From Chloroflexota bacterium (GTDB taxonomy: Bacteria > Chloroflexota > Anaerolineae > Anaerolineales > DRMV01): a DNA stretch of 25,928 nt. The notes beneath the pieces are model-generated. The model was not told the origin of the DNA. It worked only from the letters and a program-made list of their open reading frames with translations, and made no database searches. The stretch lies in assembly GCA_013153335.1 (NCBI GenBank), contig JAADEP010000128.1, positions 1 through 25,928 on the forward strand, given 5' to 3'. Made by a program: the position numbers and the translations under genes. Numbering within the stretch: position 1 is the first letter of the stretch; each line of letters starts with the position of its first letter. Below, piece after piece: positions 10,012 through 17,318 of the stretch.

Positions 10012-10053
10012 TGCTGTGACCGTGTTGGACTTTTTGGATCGAGGGGTACGCGT

Positions 10054-11049
10054 ATGAGTGCCAATAATGTGTTAGCCGGCATTGTTATGCCCAAGATCAG
10101 CACGGAACGGGAGTCGCAGAGCTACGCCCGTTTCGTGATCACGCCGCTGGAGCGGGGTTACGGCGTGACCCTGGGCAACGCGTTGCGCCGCGTGTTGCTC
10201 TCGTCGTTGCCGGGCGCGGCCGTAACCATGGTGCGGATCTCCGGCGTGCCCCATGAGTTCACCACGATCCCCGGGGTGCGTGAGGATGTGCTCACCATCA
10301 TGATGAACCTCAAGAAGCTGCGCGTCAAATTGCTGGATGGTGACCGCGCCCACCTATACCTTGAGGTTCGCGGCGAAGGGGAGATCACCGCGGCCGACAT
10401 CCAACCCACCCCCGAGGTCGAAATCGTCAACCCCGAGCTTTACCTCTTCACCATCGACGACCCGCAAGCCGCGGTGACTATGGAGTTGGTGGTGGAACGA
10501 GGCCGGGGGTTCTCGCCGGCCGAAGAGCGGCGTCGCAGTCTGTCCATCAATGAACTGGCTGTGGACGCCATTTTCTCGCCCGTGCGCAAGGTCAATTTTA
10601 CGGTCGAGCCCGAACGGGTGGGGCAGCGGACCAATTATGACCGCTTGATTTTGGAGATTTGGACCGACGGCACCATGCGTCCGGAGGAGGCGCTGCACGC
10701 CGCGGCCCAGATTTTGGTCGCGCACTTTTTGCCCCTCACCGGCCAAGAAGAGGGCGAGAGTTTCTTGACGTCTACGCAACGCCCTAGCGAAGAAGAACCG
10801 GAACACAGCCGGTTGAACGTGCCCATCGAAGACCTTGAGCTCTCGGTGCGCGTGTATAACGCGCTCAAGCGCGCGGGCATCGATACGGTCGGGGATGTGT
10901 TGCGTATTTGGCGTGAGAAGGGCAAGGATGCCTTGCTCGGCATCCGGAACTTCGGTGCGAAGAGCTTGGATGAGCTCAAACAAAAGCTGCAGGCCAAGGG
11001 CTATCTGCCCGAGGACTTGGCCGCAGAAGCTGATCAGCAAGCGGAGTAA
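10054..11049 (+). CDS. rpoA: DNA-directed RNA polymerase subunit alpha
   Basis: PLERGYGVTLGNALRRVLLSSLPG, DAIFSPVRKV, LILEIWTDG and IEDLELSVRVYNALKR motifs. Confidence 0.99.
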   Translation: MSANNVLAGIVMPKISTERESQSYARFVITPLERGYGVTLGNALRRVLLSSLPGAAVTMVRISGVPHEFTTIPGVREDVLTIMMNLKKLRVKLLDGDRAHLYLEVRGEGEITAADIQPTPEVEIVNPELYLFTIDDPQAAVTMELVVERGRGFSPAEERRRSLSINELAVDAIFSPVRKVNFTVEPERVGQRTNYDRLILEIWTDGTMRPEEALHAAAQILVAHFLPLTGQEEGESFLTSTQRPSEEEPEHSRLNVPIEDLELSVRVYNALKRAGIDTVGDVLRIWREKGKDALLGIRNFGAKSLDELKQKLQAKGYLPEDLAAEADQQAE

Positions 11050-11054
11050 GAGCC

Positions 11055-11456
11055 ATGCGACACCGAAAGGCGGGATACAAACTCGGGCGTAGCCGGGACG
11101 CGCGCAAGTGGCTGCGCCGCAATTTGCTCAAACAGCTGTTTGAGCATCGCCGCATCCGTACGACGCGCGCGAAGGCGAAGGCCATTCAGAACGAGGCCGA
11201 GAAGATCATCACGTTGGCCAAGAAGGGCCTCGCGGCCGCAGCTCAAGAGACCGAGCAAGGGCGGGCGCAGATGGTGCATTACCAACGCTTGGTCGCGGCC
11301 CGCTTGGGCAACGACCGGCAGCTCGTGCACAAAATCTTTCACGAAATTGCGCCCCTCTATGAAAACCGCCCGGGCGGTTATACCCGCATCTATCGCCTGG
11401 GTTGGCGCAAGGGCGACGCGGCCGAGATGGTGTTGATCGAGTTGGTGGAAGAATAG
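11055..11456 (+). CDS. rplQ: 50S ribosomal protein L17
   Basis: MRHRKAGYKLGR, IRTTRAKAK and RPGGYTRIYRLGWRKGDAA motifs. Confidence 0.98.
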   Translation: MRHRKAGYKLGRSRDARKWLRRNLLKQLFEHRRIRTTRAKAKAIQNEAEKIITLAKKGLAAAAQETEQGRAQMVHYQRLVAARLGNDRQLVHKIFHEIAPLYENRPGGYTRIYRLGWRKGDAAEMVLIELVEE

Positions 11457-11489
11457 TCACGCGGCCCGCACGCCGGGCCAGCTGGATGT

Positions 11490-12338
11490 ATGGCACTTTA
11501 CCAAGCTTGGCTAGCTTATGACGGCACCGCGTTCGCGGGGCTGCAACGACAAGCCCGGGCGCGCACGGTTCAGGGTGTGCTCGAACAAGCCTTGCGCGCG
11601 CTCGGTTGGCAAGAAGCAGCCATCCGCTACGCGGGCCGTACCGATGCTGGGGTGCACGCGTTGGGCCAGGTCGTCGCGTTCCGTTTGACCTGGCGCCATG
11701 GCGCCGAGGCGCTGCTGCGCGCGCTCAACGCCCATTTGCCGGCCGACGTTACGGTATGGCACGTGCGCGAGGCCCCTGAGGGGTTCCACCCTCGTTACGC
11801 GGCCTTGGGGCGCCGGTATGTGTATTGGCTTTGGTGCAGCGCGGTGCGCCATCCGTTCCAAGAGCGCTACGCGTGGCGGGTTTGGCCTTGCCCCTCAGCC
11901 GACGCGCTGAACCGCGCTGCAGCGCAGCTCGTCGGACGGCACGATTTCGCGGCCTTGGGCACCCCGCCCGCGGGCGCGCGGGGGACCACGGTGCGCACGG
12001 TCTATCGGGCTACGTGGTACCCCGTGGTCGAGGGGTTATGGGCCTTCGACGTCGCGGCCGACGCCTTCCTTTACCGCATGGTCCGGCGCATGGTCGCGGC
12101 GCAGGTCGCCCTGGCCCAAGGCCGAATCCCGTGGGAACGGTGGGCGCGCGCGTTCACCGAACCGCCCGCGCAACCCTGGGCCGTGCTCGCGCCGCCCCAA
12201 GGTCTGTTCTTGGCCGAGGTCGCGTATGACCCCGCGACCCTGCGGGCCTGGCAGTCCCCGACGTCGGTCGAAGCCTTTCGGGCTTGGTGGTGGGCGCGTT
12301 GGCGCCTTCAGCCGCCAGGGAGGGAGGACCATGGCTGA
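11490..12338 (+). CDS. truA: tRNA pseudouridine(38-40) synthase
   Basis: AYDGTAFAG, AGRTDAGVHALGQ, HDFAA, FLYRMVRRMV and APPQGLFL motifs; usual position after rplQ. Confidence 0.93.
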   Translation: MALYQAWLAYDGTAFAGLQRQARARTVQGVLEQALRALGWQEAAIRYAGRTDAGVHALGQVVAFRLTWRHGAEALLRALNAHLPADVTVWHVREAPEGFHPRYAALGRRYVYWLWCSAVRHPFQERYAWRVWPCPSADALNRAAAQLVGRHDFAALGTPPAGARGTTVRTVYRATWYPVVEGLWAFDVAADAFLYRMVRRMVAAQVALAQGRIPWERWARAFTEPPAQPWAVLAPPQGLFLAEVAYDPATLRAWQSPTSVEAFRAWWWARWRLQPPGREDHG

Positions 12339-12540
12339 AGTGGTGGTACAGCTCACCGACCGGGAGCTGAAGCAGCTTCAGGCGCGCGCCGAACGCTTGG
12401 GCCTGTCGGTCGAAGCTTTGGCGCGGGCCACGGTGTTGGCCTGGTTGGTCCTGCCCGCGTCCGAATCCGACTTCGACCGCGCGGTGCAGTACGTGGTTCG
12501 CAAGAATGAGGACTTGTACAGGCGTTTGGCCGCGTTGTGA
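12331..12540 (+). CDS. Putative antitoxin / small DNA-binding (ribbon-helix-helix-like) partner of a Doc-type toxin, 69 aa
   Basis: ATG at 12331 after GGAGG; MAEVVVQLTDRELKQLQARAERLGLSVEALAR...[23 protein letters not shown]; its stop overlaps the toxin start (GTGATG). Confidence 0.8.
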   Translation: MAEVVVQLTDRELKQLQARAERLGLSVEALARATVLAWLVLPASESDFDRAVQYVVRKNEDLYRRLAAL

Positions 12541-12956
12541 TGCGTTACTTGACCGTGCAGGATGTGCTGCACATCCACACATTGGTGATGGCCCAGACCG
12601 GCTCGGAAGCGGGCGTGCGCGATTGGGCCGGGTTGGTCTCTGCGGTCGCGACGCCGCAGATGACCTTCGGCGGTCAGGACCTTTACCCCAGCATCGGCGA
12701 TAAGGCCGCGGCGCTGGCCTTTGGTCTGGTCAAAAACCATCCCTTTGTCAACGGGAACAAACGCACGGCGCACGCGGCTATGGAAGTGTTTTTGGTGTTG
12801 AACGGGTATGAGCTCGAAGCTTCGGACGAGGAGCAGGAACACGCGTTGTTGCAGGTGGCCGCGTGTCATTGGGATCGGACCCGATTCGCGGCCTGGGTCA
12901 AGGCGCATTTGAAGCCCCGGGCCCAAGAGGCTCGGCAACCGGAGGTTGAACCGTGA
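12537..12956 (+). CDS. Fic/Doc family toxin (death-on-curing type); start at GTG 12537 or ATG 12540
   Basis: [13 protein letters not shown]..., [51 protein letters not shown]: typical small Doc architecture. Confidence 0.9.
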   Translation: MMRYLTVQDVLHIHTLVMAQTGSEAGVRDWAGLVSAVATPQMTFGGQDLYPSIGDKAAALAFGLVKNHPFVNGNKRTAHAAMEVFLVLNGYELEASDEEQEHALLQVAACHWDRTRFAAWVKAHLKPRAQEARQPEVEP

Positions 12957-13399
12957 CCACGAAATTGCATCGAACGTATTACCCCAAGGCCGATGAGGTC
13001 ACCCATGAGTGGTACGTCATCGACGCGAGCGGCCAGATTTTGGGCCGCTTGGCCGCGAAAGTCGCGACGTTGCTCATGGGGAAGCATAAGCCCGCGTACA
13101 CTCCGGGTGTGGATATGGGCGATTTCGTCATTGTCATCAACGCGGATCGGGTGCGGGTAACGGGCCGCAAGCTGACCGATAAGAAATACTACCGCCACTC
13201 GGGGTATCCGGGCGGGATCAAGGAAACCGCGCTGCGAGATATGTTGCGCACCCATCCCGAGCGGGTGATCGAGCTCGCGGTCAAGGGGATGTTGCCCAAG
13301 AACCGGCTGGGCCGCAAGATGCTCCGTCGCCTCAAGGTCTACGCTGGCCCTGAGCATCCCCACGAGGCGCAGCGGCCCAAGGTGGTGACGTTAGACTAA
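12953..13399 (+). CDS. rplM: 50S ribosomal protein L13
   Basis: [40 protein letters not shown] and [11 protein letters not shown] motifs; GTG start overlaps the toxin TGA. Confidence 0.99.
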   Translation: MTTKLHRTYYPKADEVTHEWYVIDASGQILGRLAAKVATLLMGKHKPAYTPGVDMGDFVIVINADRVRVTGRKLTDKKYYRHSGYPGGIKETALRDMLRTHPERVIELAVKGMLPKNRLGRKMLRRLKVYAGPEHPHEAQRPKVVTLD

Positions 13400-13463
13400 C
13401 GCGCGGAGCGGTTGGCTCTGCGAGGAACCCCGACTTCACGCGGGAAACCAGGAGGCAAGAAGG

Positions 13464-13871
13464 ATGGAGCAGGCCCAAAAGGTGCGATACTACGAAGGCA
13501 TTGGCCGTCGCAAAGAAGCGACCGCGCGCGTGCGCATTATGCCGGGCAGCGGTCGGTTTGTGGTCAACAACCGGCCCATTGAGGCCTATTTCACTCGCTT
13601 CGGCGATATTGAATACATCCTCAAACCCTTTGAGGTGCTCGGCGAAGCGCGCGAGCGGTATGACATCACAGTGCTGGTCAAGGGCGGCGGCATCACGGGC
13701 CAGGCGGGCGCGATCCGCTTGGGCTTGGCGCGGGCCTTCCTGAAGATGAACCCCGACTATCGCCCGGCTTTGCGCAAGGCGGGCTTGTTGACGCGTGACC
13801 CGCGCGAGAAAGAGCGCAAGAAGCCGGGGCTCAAGCGGGCCCGCAAGGCGCCGACCTACACCAAGCGGTAA
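13464..13871 (+). CDS. rpsI: 30S ribosomal protein S9
   Basis: GRRKEATARV, VKGGGITGQAGAIR, LTRDPREKERKKPG and TKR C-terminus. Confidence 0.99.
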   Translation: MEQAQKVRYYEGIGRRKEATARVRIMPGSGRFVVNNRPIEAYFTRFGDIEYILKPFEVLGEARERYDITVLVKGGGITGQAGAIRLGLARAFLKMNPDYRPALRKAGLLTRDPREKERKKPGLKRARKAPTYTKR

Positions 13872-13993
13872 GGCACGGGCTGCTCGCACGGCCCTGTCCG
13901 CGGCGGGCCAGCGCGTCGGAAAGGCTTACGTGGCCCACCGCGGGGCCGGTGCTGTTGGCCGCGGGTTGGGCCCTTGGTTCGGCGCTTGGGATT

Positions 13994-14002
13994 TGGTATA
14001 AT
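13994..14002 (+). promoter_or_regulatory. Extended -10 promoter for tRNA-Ser(TGA)
   Basis: TG-G-TATAAT ending 8 nt before the tRNA 5' end. Confidence 0.7.
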
Positions 14003-14009
14003 CCGAGTC

Positions 14010-14097
14010 GGAGGGATGGCCGAGTGGACGAAGGCGGCGGTCTTGAAAACCGCTGTGGGCCTCGCGCCCACCGTGGGTTCGAATCCCACTCCCTCCG
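14010..14097 (+). tRNA. tRNA-Ser(TGA), no encoded CCA
   Basis: Acceptor GGAGGGA/TCCCTCC; anticodon arm GCGGT-CT[TGA]AA-ACCGC; long variable arm; T-loop GGTTCGAATCC; discriminator G. Confidence 0.96.
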
Positions 14098-14169
14098 CTG
14101 AAGTCAGGGGCCAGGGCGGGAACTCCCAGGGCGAAAGGCAGCGCGGAGGCTTTTCAAGCTCGGATTTTG

Positions 14170-14178
14170 TGGTAAAAT
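14170..14178 (+). promoter_or_regulatory. Extended -10 promoter for tRNA-Ser(GCT) and tRNA-Arg
   Basis: TG-G-TAAAAT just upstream of the second tRNA. Confidence 0.55.
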
Positions 14179-14189
14179 AGGGATGCCCT

Positions 14190-14279
14190 GGGGAGGTGCC
14201 AGAGTGGACGATTGGGGCCGCCTGCTAAGCGGTTGTCGGGGGAAGACCTCGACCGCGGGTTCGAATCCCGCCCTCCCCG
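14190..14279 (+). tRNA. tRNA-Ser(GCT), no encoded CCA
   Basis: Acceptor GGGGAGG/CCTCCCC; anticodon arm GCCGC-CT[GCT]AA-GCGGT; long variable arm; GGTTCGAATCC. Confidence 0.96.
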
Positions 14280-14298
14280 CTGGAATAGGACGGTTTGC

Positions 14299-14374
14299 GC
14301 CCTCGTAGCTCAGTGGATAGAGCGCCTCCCTGCGGAGGAGGAGGTCCCGCGTTCGAGTCGCGGCGAGGGCGCCA
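14299..14374 (+). tRNA. tRNA-Arg(GCG)
   Basis: Acceptor GCCCTCG/CGAGGGC followed by G-CCA; D arm TAGCTCAGTGGATAGAGC; anticodon arm CCTCC-CT[GCG]GA-GGAGG; T arm CCGCG-TTCGAGT-CGCGG. Confidence 0.93.
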
Positions 14375-14376
14375 GG

Positions 14377-14404
14377 AGCGGGCCGCATGCGCGGCCCGCT
14401 TTTG
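14377..14404 (+). terminator. Intrinsic terminator after the tRNA cluster
   Basis: Perfect 10-bp stem AGCGGGCCGC-ATGC-GCGGCCCGCT followed by a short T run. Confidence 0.7.
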
Positions 14405-14422
14405 TCTTACGGAGCGTGTGCC

Positions 14423-15253
14423 ATGACCCGGCCTTTGATCTTGGTGACCAACGACGATGGCATCGCTTCGCCCGGCCTTTGGGCCTCGGCCCGGGCCGCG
14501 GACGCGTTGGGCGAAGTCTGGGTGGTTGCCCCCGCGCGGCAATGGACCGGCGCGGGGCGCTGTATGCTCGCCGGCTTGAGCGGTACCGCGACGCGCGTGC
14601 CTCCGTCGGCCGAGCGGCCTTGGCCCGCGTATCAGGTCGACGCAACGCCCGCGCAAACGGTGCAGATCGCGCTTTTGCAGCTGCTGCCGCGCCAACCCGC
14701 CTTGGTGATCTCCGGCATCAACGCGGGCGAAAACGTGGGCATCGGAATCACCATCTCCGGGACCGTCGGCGCGGCGCTCGAAGCGGCCGCGTTTGAGATC
14801 CCGGCCCTGGCCGCGTCCCTCGAGGCCGATGCCGAGCACCATACGGCCCACGAACCCCGGCTGGATTTTCGCGTGGCGGCCCATTTTGTGAGCCTGTTCG
14901 CGCGCGAAATTTTGACTCGCCAGGGCCTTCCCCCAGGCGTGGATGTGCTCAAGATCGACGTTCCGCACGACGCGACGCCCGCGACGCCGTGGCGCGTTGT
15001 GCGTCTCAGCCGCAAGCGCTATTACCGCGCGGTGCCGGTCCCCAACGGCCTGCCCGCTTACGCGCGGCGCGATAACCCCGAGGACGTGTTCGAGCCCGAT
15101 AGCGACGCGTACACGCTGCAGGTGCTCCGCGAGGTCCCGGTGGTGCCTCTGAGCGCGGACCTAACCGCCTACGGCGCCCTCGACACAGTGCGCGCGTGGT
15201 TCCAAGCCGGGCGTTCGACCCCGGCCAATCTCGTCCAGGAGTCAAAAGCATGA
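14423..15253 (+). CDS. surE: 5'/3'-nucleotidase SurE
   Basis: ILVTNDDGI, VISGINAGENVG and SGTVGAALEAA motifs; ATG at 14423. Confidence 0.93.
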   Translation: MTRPLILVTNDDGIASPGLWASARAADALGEVWVVAPARQWTGAGRCMLAGLSGTATRVPPSAERPWPAYQVDATPAQTVQIALLQLLPRQPALVISGINAGENVGIGITISGTVGAALEAAAFEIPALAASLEADAEHHTAHEPRLDFRVAAHFVSLFAREILTRQGLPPGVDVLKIDVPHDATPATPWRVVRLSRKRYYRAVPVPNGLPAYARRDNPEDVFEPDSDAYTLQVLREVPVVPLSADLTAYGALDTVRAWFQAGRSTPANLVQESKA

Positions 15254-15906
15254 AGGCCGTACGGCGGTTGTTCGCCCGTTTGCCCATCGCGCGTTCTTCG
15301 CGCGCGTATGCCTTTGGCTTGCAACACCTGCACGTACCTCCCGAGGCCTGGGTGTTGGATATCGGCGCGGGGCAGGGATATGGCAGTGCCTATTTGAGCC
15401 GTGTGCTGCCCCAGGCCACGGTCGTCGGGCTGGACATCGCGTTCGAGTGTTTGCGCCCTGAACGCCTTTCCCCAGGGCCGCGGCCTCCGCACTTTGTCCA
15501 GGGCGACGCGCGAGCCTTGCCTTTTCGGGCCGAGGCCTTTGACTTGGTCACGCTGGTCATGACCTTCCACTGCTTGCCCCAGCCCCGCCAGGTGCTGTCC
15601 GAAGCCTATCGGGTGCTGCGGCCCGGTGGCGCGTTGCTTTTGGCCGACGTCGATGGCCGCCATTGGATGCGCCGGCCCTTTGAGTGGGTCGAGCGCGCGT
15701 TTATCAGCCCGCACACGCGGGTGTATCCACCGGAGACGTGGCGCGCGTGGGCGCGCGACGCGGGCTTCGCACGCGTGGCCTTCTATAAGCGACCTTCCCG
15801 GCGGGGTGGCTTTCTGTTGTGGATGGTAGCCCACAAGGCCGAAGCTCCGGAACCCGGCTCGCCTGAAGCGCAGCCCGAGCGCGCGAAAGCCCTTCGGAGC
15901 GCGTAG
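15250..15906 (+). CDS. Class I SAM-dependent methyltransferase (substrate unknown)
   Basis: VLDIGAGQG, VVGLDI, GDARALPF...FDLV and RVLRPGG motifs; ATGA overlap with surE. Confidence 0.85.
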   Translation: MKAVRRLFARLPIARSSRAYAFGLQHLHVPPEAWVLDIGAGQGYGSAYLSRVLPQATVVGLDIAFECLRPERLSPGPRPPHFVQGDARALPFRAEAFDLVTLVMTFHCLPQPRQVLSEAYRVLRPGGALLLADVDGRHWMRRPFEWVERAFISPHTRVYPPETWRAWARDAGFARVAFYKRPSRRGGFLLWMVAHKAEAPEPGSPEAQPERAKALRSA

Positions 15907-15968
15907 CGCTCGGCGTTTCTTCTTCTGCCCCGTTGGCTGGCCGAGCCTCCCGCGCGCCTGGCCCTGGC

Positions 15969-17210
15969 TCAGCGATACACGACGCGCGGGCCGGGCATAG
16001 CGCGCACCAGGGGCGGTTGCCAAAGCTGGGGCGCCGCCGTTCCATCCTGACGCCCCCGAATCACGGGCCGGTACAGGGTGTCGCGCTCTTGCGGAATGCG
16101 CCCCAGGTCCCGGATGAGGCGCTCAAAGGTCTCGGGCGCGGTGAACGTGCCCTGGGTTTCGCCCGCGGCCCGGCTGATGCTCTCTTCAAACAGCGTGCCC
16201 CCGAAGTCGTTCGCGCCCGCCTGAAGGCACATCTGAGCCATCTTATAGCCCAGTTTGACCCACGAAACCTGGATGTTGGGGATGGTGTGTTGCAGCATAA
16301 GCCGGGCGATCGCATGCATTTTCAGGTCCTCCATCCCGGTCGGGCCCGGCCGCGCGCCGTCCTCGAGATAAAGGCGGGTGTTTTCGTGGATGAAGCCCAA
16401 CGGCACGAATTCGGTGAAGCCACCGGTCTCGCGCTGCAGACGGCGCAGCAGGTCGATGTGTTCGACCCAGTGCCGGGGCGCGTCAATGTGCCCATACATG
16501 ATGGTCGCAGTGCTCGGGATGCCCACCTGGTGCGCGGTGCGAACGATGCGCACCCAGGCTTCGCGCGAGAGTTTGTTCTTGGTCAGCTTTTGGCGCACTT
16601 CGGGCACCAAGATCTCGGCCGCGGTCCCGGGGATGCTGCCCAGGCCCGCGTCTTTGAGTCGGCGCAGGAACGTTTCTTCTGAGATGCCCAGGCGTCGGCT
16701 CCCCCACCAGATTTCAAACGGGGAGTACGCGTGAATGTGAATCTGGGGGACGGCCTCTTTGATCGCGCGCACCATGTCCTCGTAAATCGTGGGAGGCTGG
16801 TGCGGGTTTAATCCACCTTGCAAACACACTTCGGTCGCGCCCCACTCCCAGGCTTCTCGAGCTCGTTGCACCACGTCTTCCATGCTTAGGGTATAGGCTT
16901 CGGGATCGCGAGCGGGCCGTCCAAAGGCGCAAAACCGACAGCCCATGTAGCACACGTTGGTGAAGTTGATGTTGCGGGTAACCACGTAGGTGATGAAATC
17001 CCCAACCGCGCGAGCTCGCAGCTCGTCGGCCACGGCCAGGAGCGCAAAGAGGTCGGTGCCTTGGACCGCAAAGAGGCGCTCGGCCTCGTCGGTGGTGATG
17101 GTTCGGTCGGCCAGGGCTTTGTCCAAAATTCGGCCAACGTCGGGCGAAACTCGGCGGAGCAGGCGCTCCAAGCCCGAGCTCACCGCTTCGGATGGAGAGA
17201 CAAACGACAT
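15969..17210 (-). CDS. cofH: FO synthase subunit 2, CofH (radical SAM)
   Basis: RNINFTNVCYMGCRFC (CxxxCxxC), ATEVCLQGG, IPGTAAEIL, TGGFTEFVPL, NIQVSWVKLG and GANDFGGTLFEESISRAAG; ATG at 17210 after GGAGG; adjacent to cofG. Confidence 0.88.
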   Translation of the reverse strand: MSFVSPSEAVSSGLERLLRRVSPDVGRILDKALADRTITTDEAERLFAVQGTDLFALLAVADELRARAVGDFITYVVTRNINFTNVCYMGCRFCAFGRPARDPEAYTLSMEDVVQRAREAWEWGATEVCLQGGLNPHQPPTIYEDMVRAIKEAVPQIHIHAYSPFEIWWGSRRLGISEETFLRRLKDAGLGSIPGTAAEILVPEVRQKLTKNKLSREAWVRIVRTAHQVGIPSTATIMYGHIDAPRHWVEHIDLLRRLQRETGGFTEFVPLGFIHENTRLYLEDGARPGPTGMEDLKMHAIARLMLQHTIPNIQVSWVKLGYKMAQMCLQAGANDFGGTLFEESISRAAGETQGTFTAPETFERLIRDLGRIPQERDTLYRPVIRGRQDGTAAPQLWQPPLVRAMPGPRVVYR

Positions 17211-17254
17211 GACAACCTCCTCGACCATGCTCCCCACGGGCGCAGGGCCGGACC

Positions 17255-17263
17255 ATTGTAGCA
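17255..17263 (-). promoter_or_regulatory. Putative extended -10 promoter for cofH
   Basis: TG-C-TACAAT on the minus strand within the cofG-cofH spacer. Confidence 0.45.
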
Positions 17264-17318
17264 CAGGCCCGGGGCTTCTTGCGTGCACCCAGCCTGAGCC
17301 CAGACCCTCAGGCCCTTG

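Noticed and set aside
485-13889. Many long antisense or alternate-frame ORFs (e.g. 485-1171, 5320-6900, 10354-11040, 13332-13889)
   Set aside because: They shadow well-recognised housekeeping genes, which is expected in GC-rich DNA, and show no recognisable motifs or RBS.
13898-13943. Inverted repeat after rpsI (13 bp, one mismatch) as an intrinsic terminator
   Set aside because: Large loop and no U-tract; it may be a stabilising hairpin, but there is not enough support to call it.
15969-17210. cofH as menaquinone MqnC/MqnE
   Set aside because: Adjacency to a clear CofG and the SWVKLG and GANDFGGTLFEESISR motifs favour CofH.
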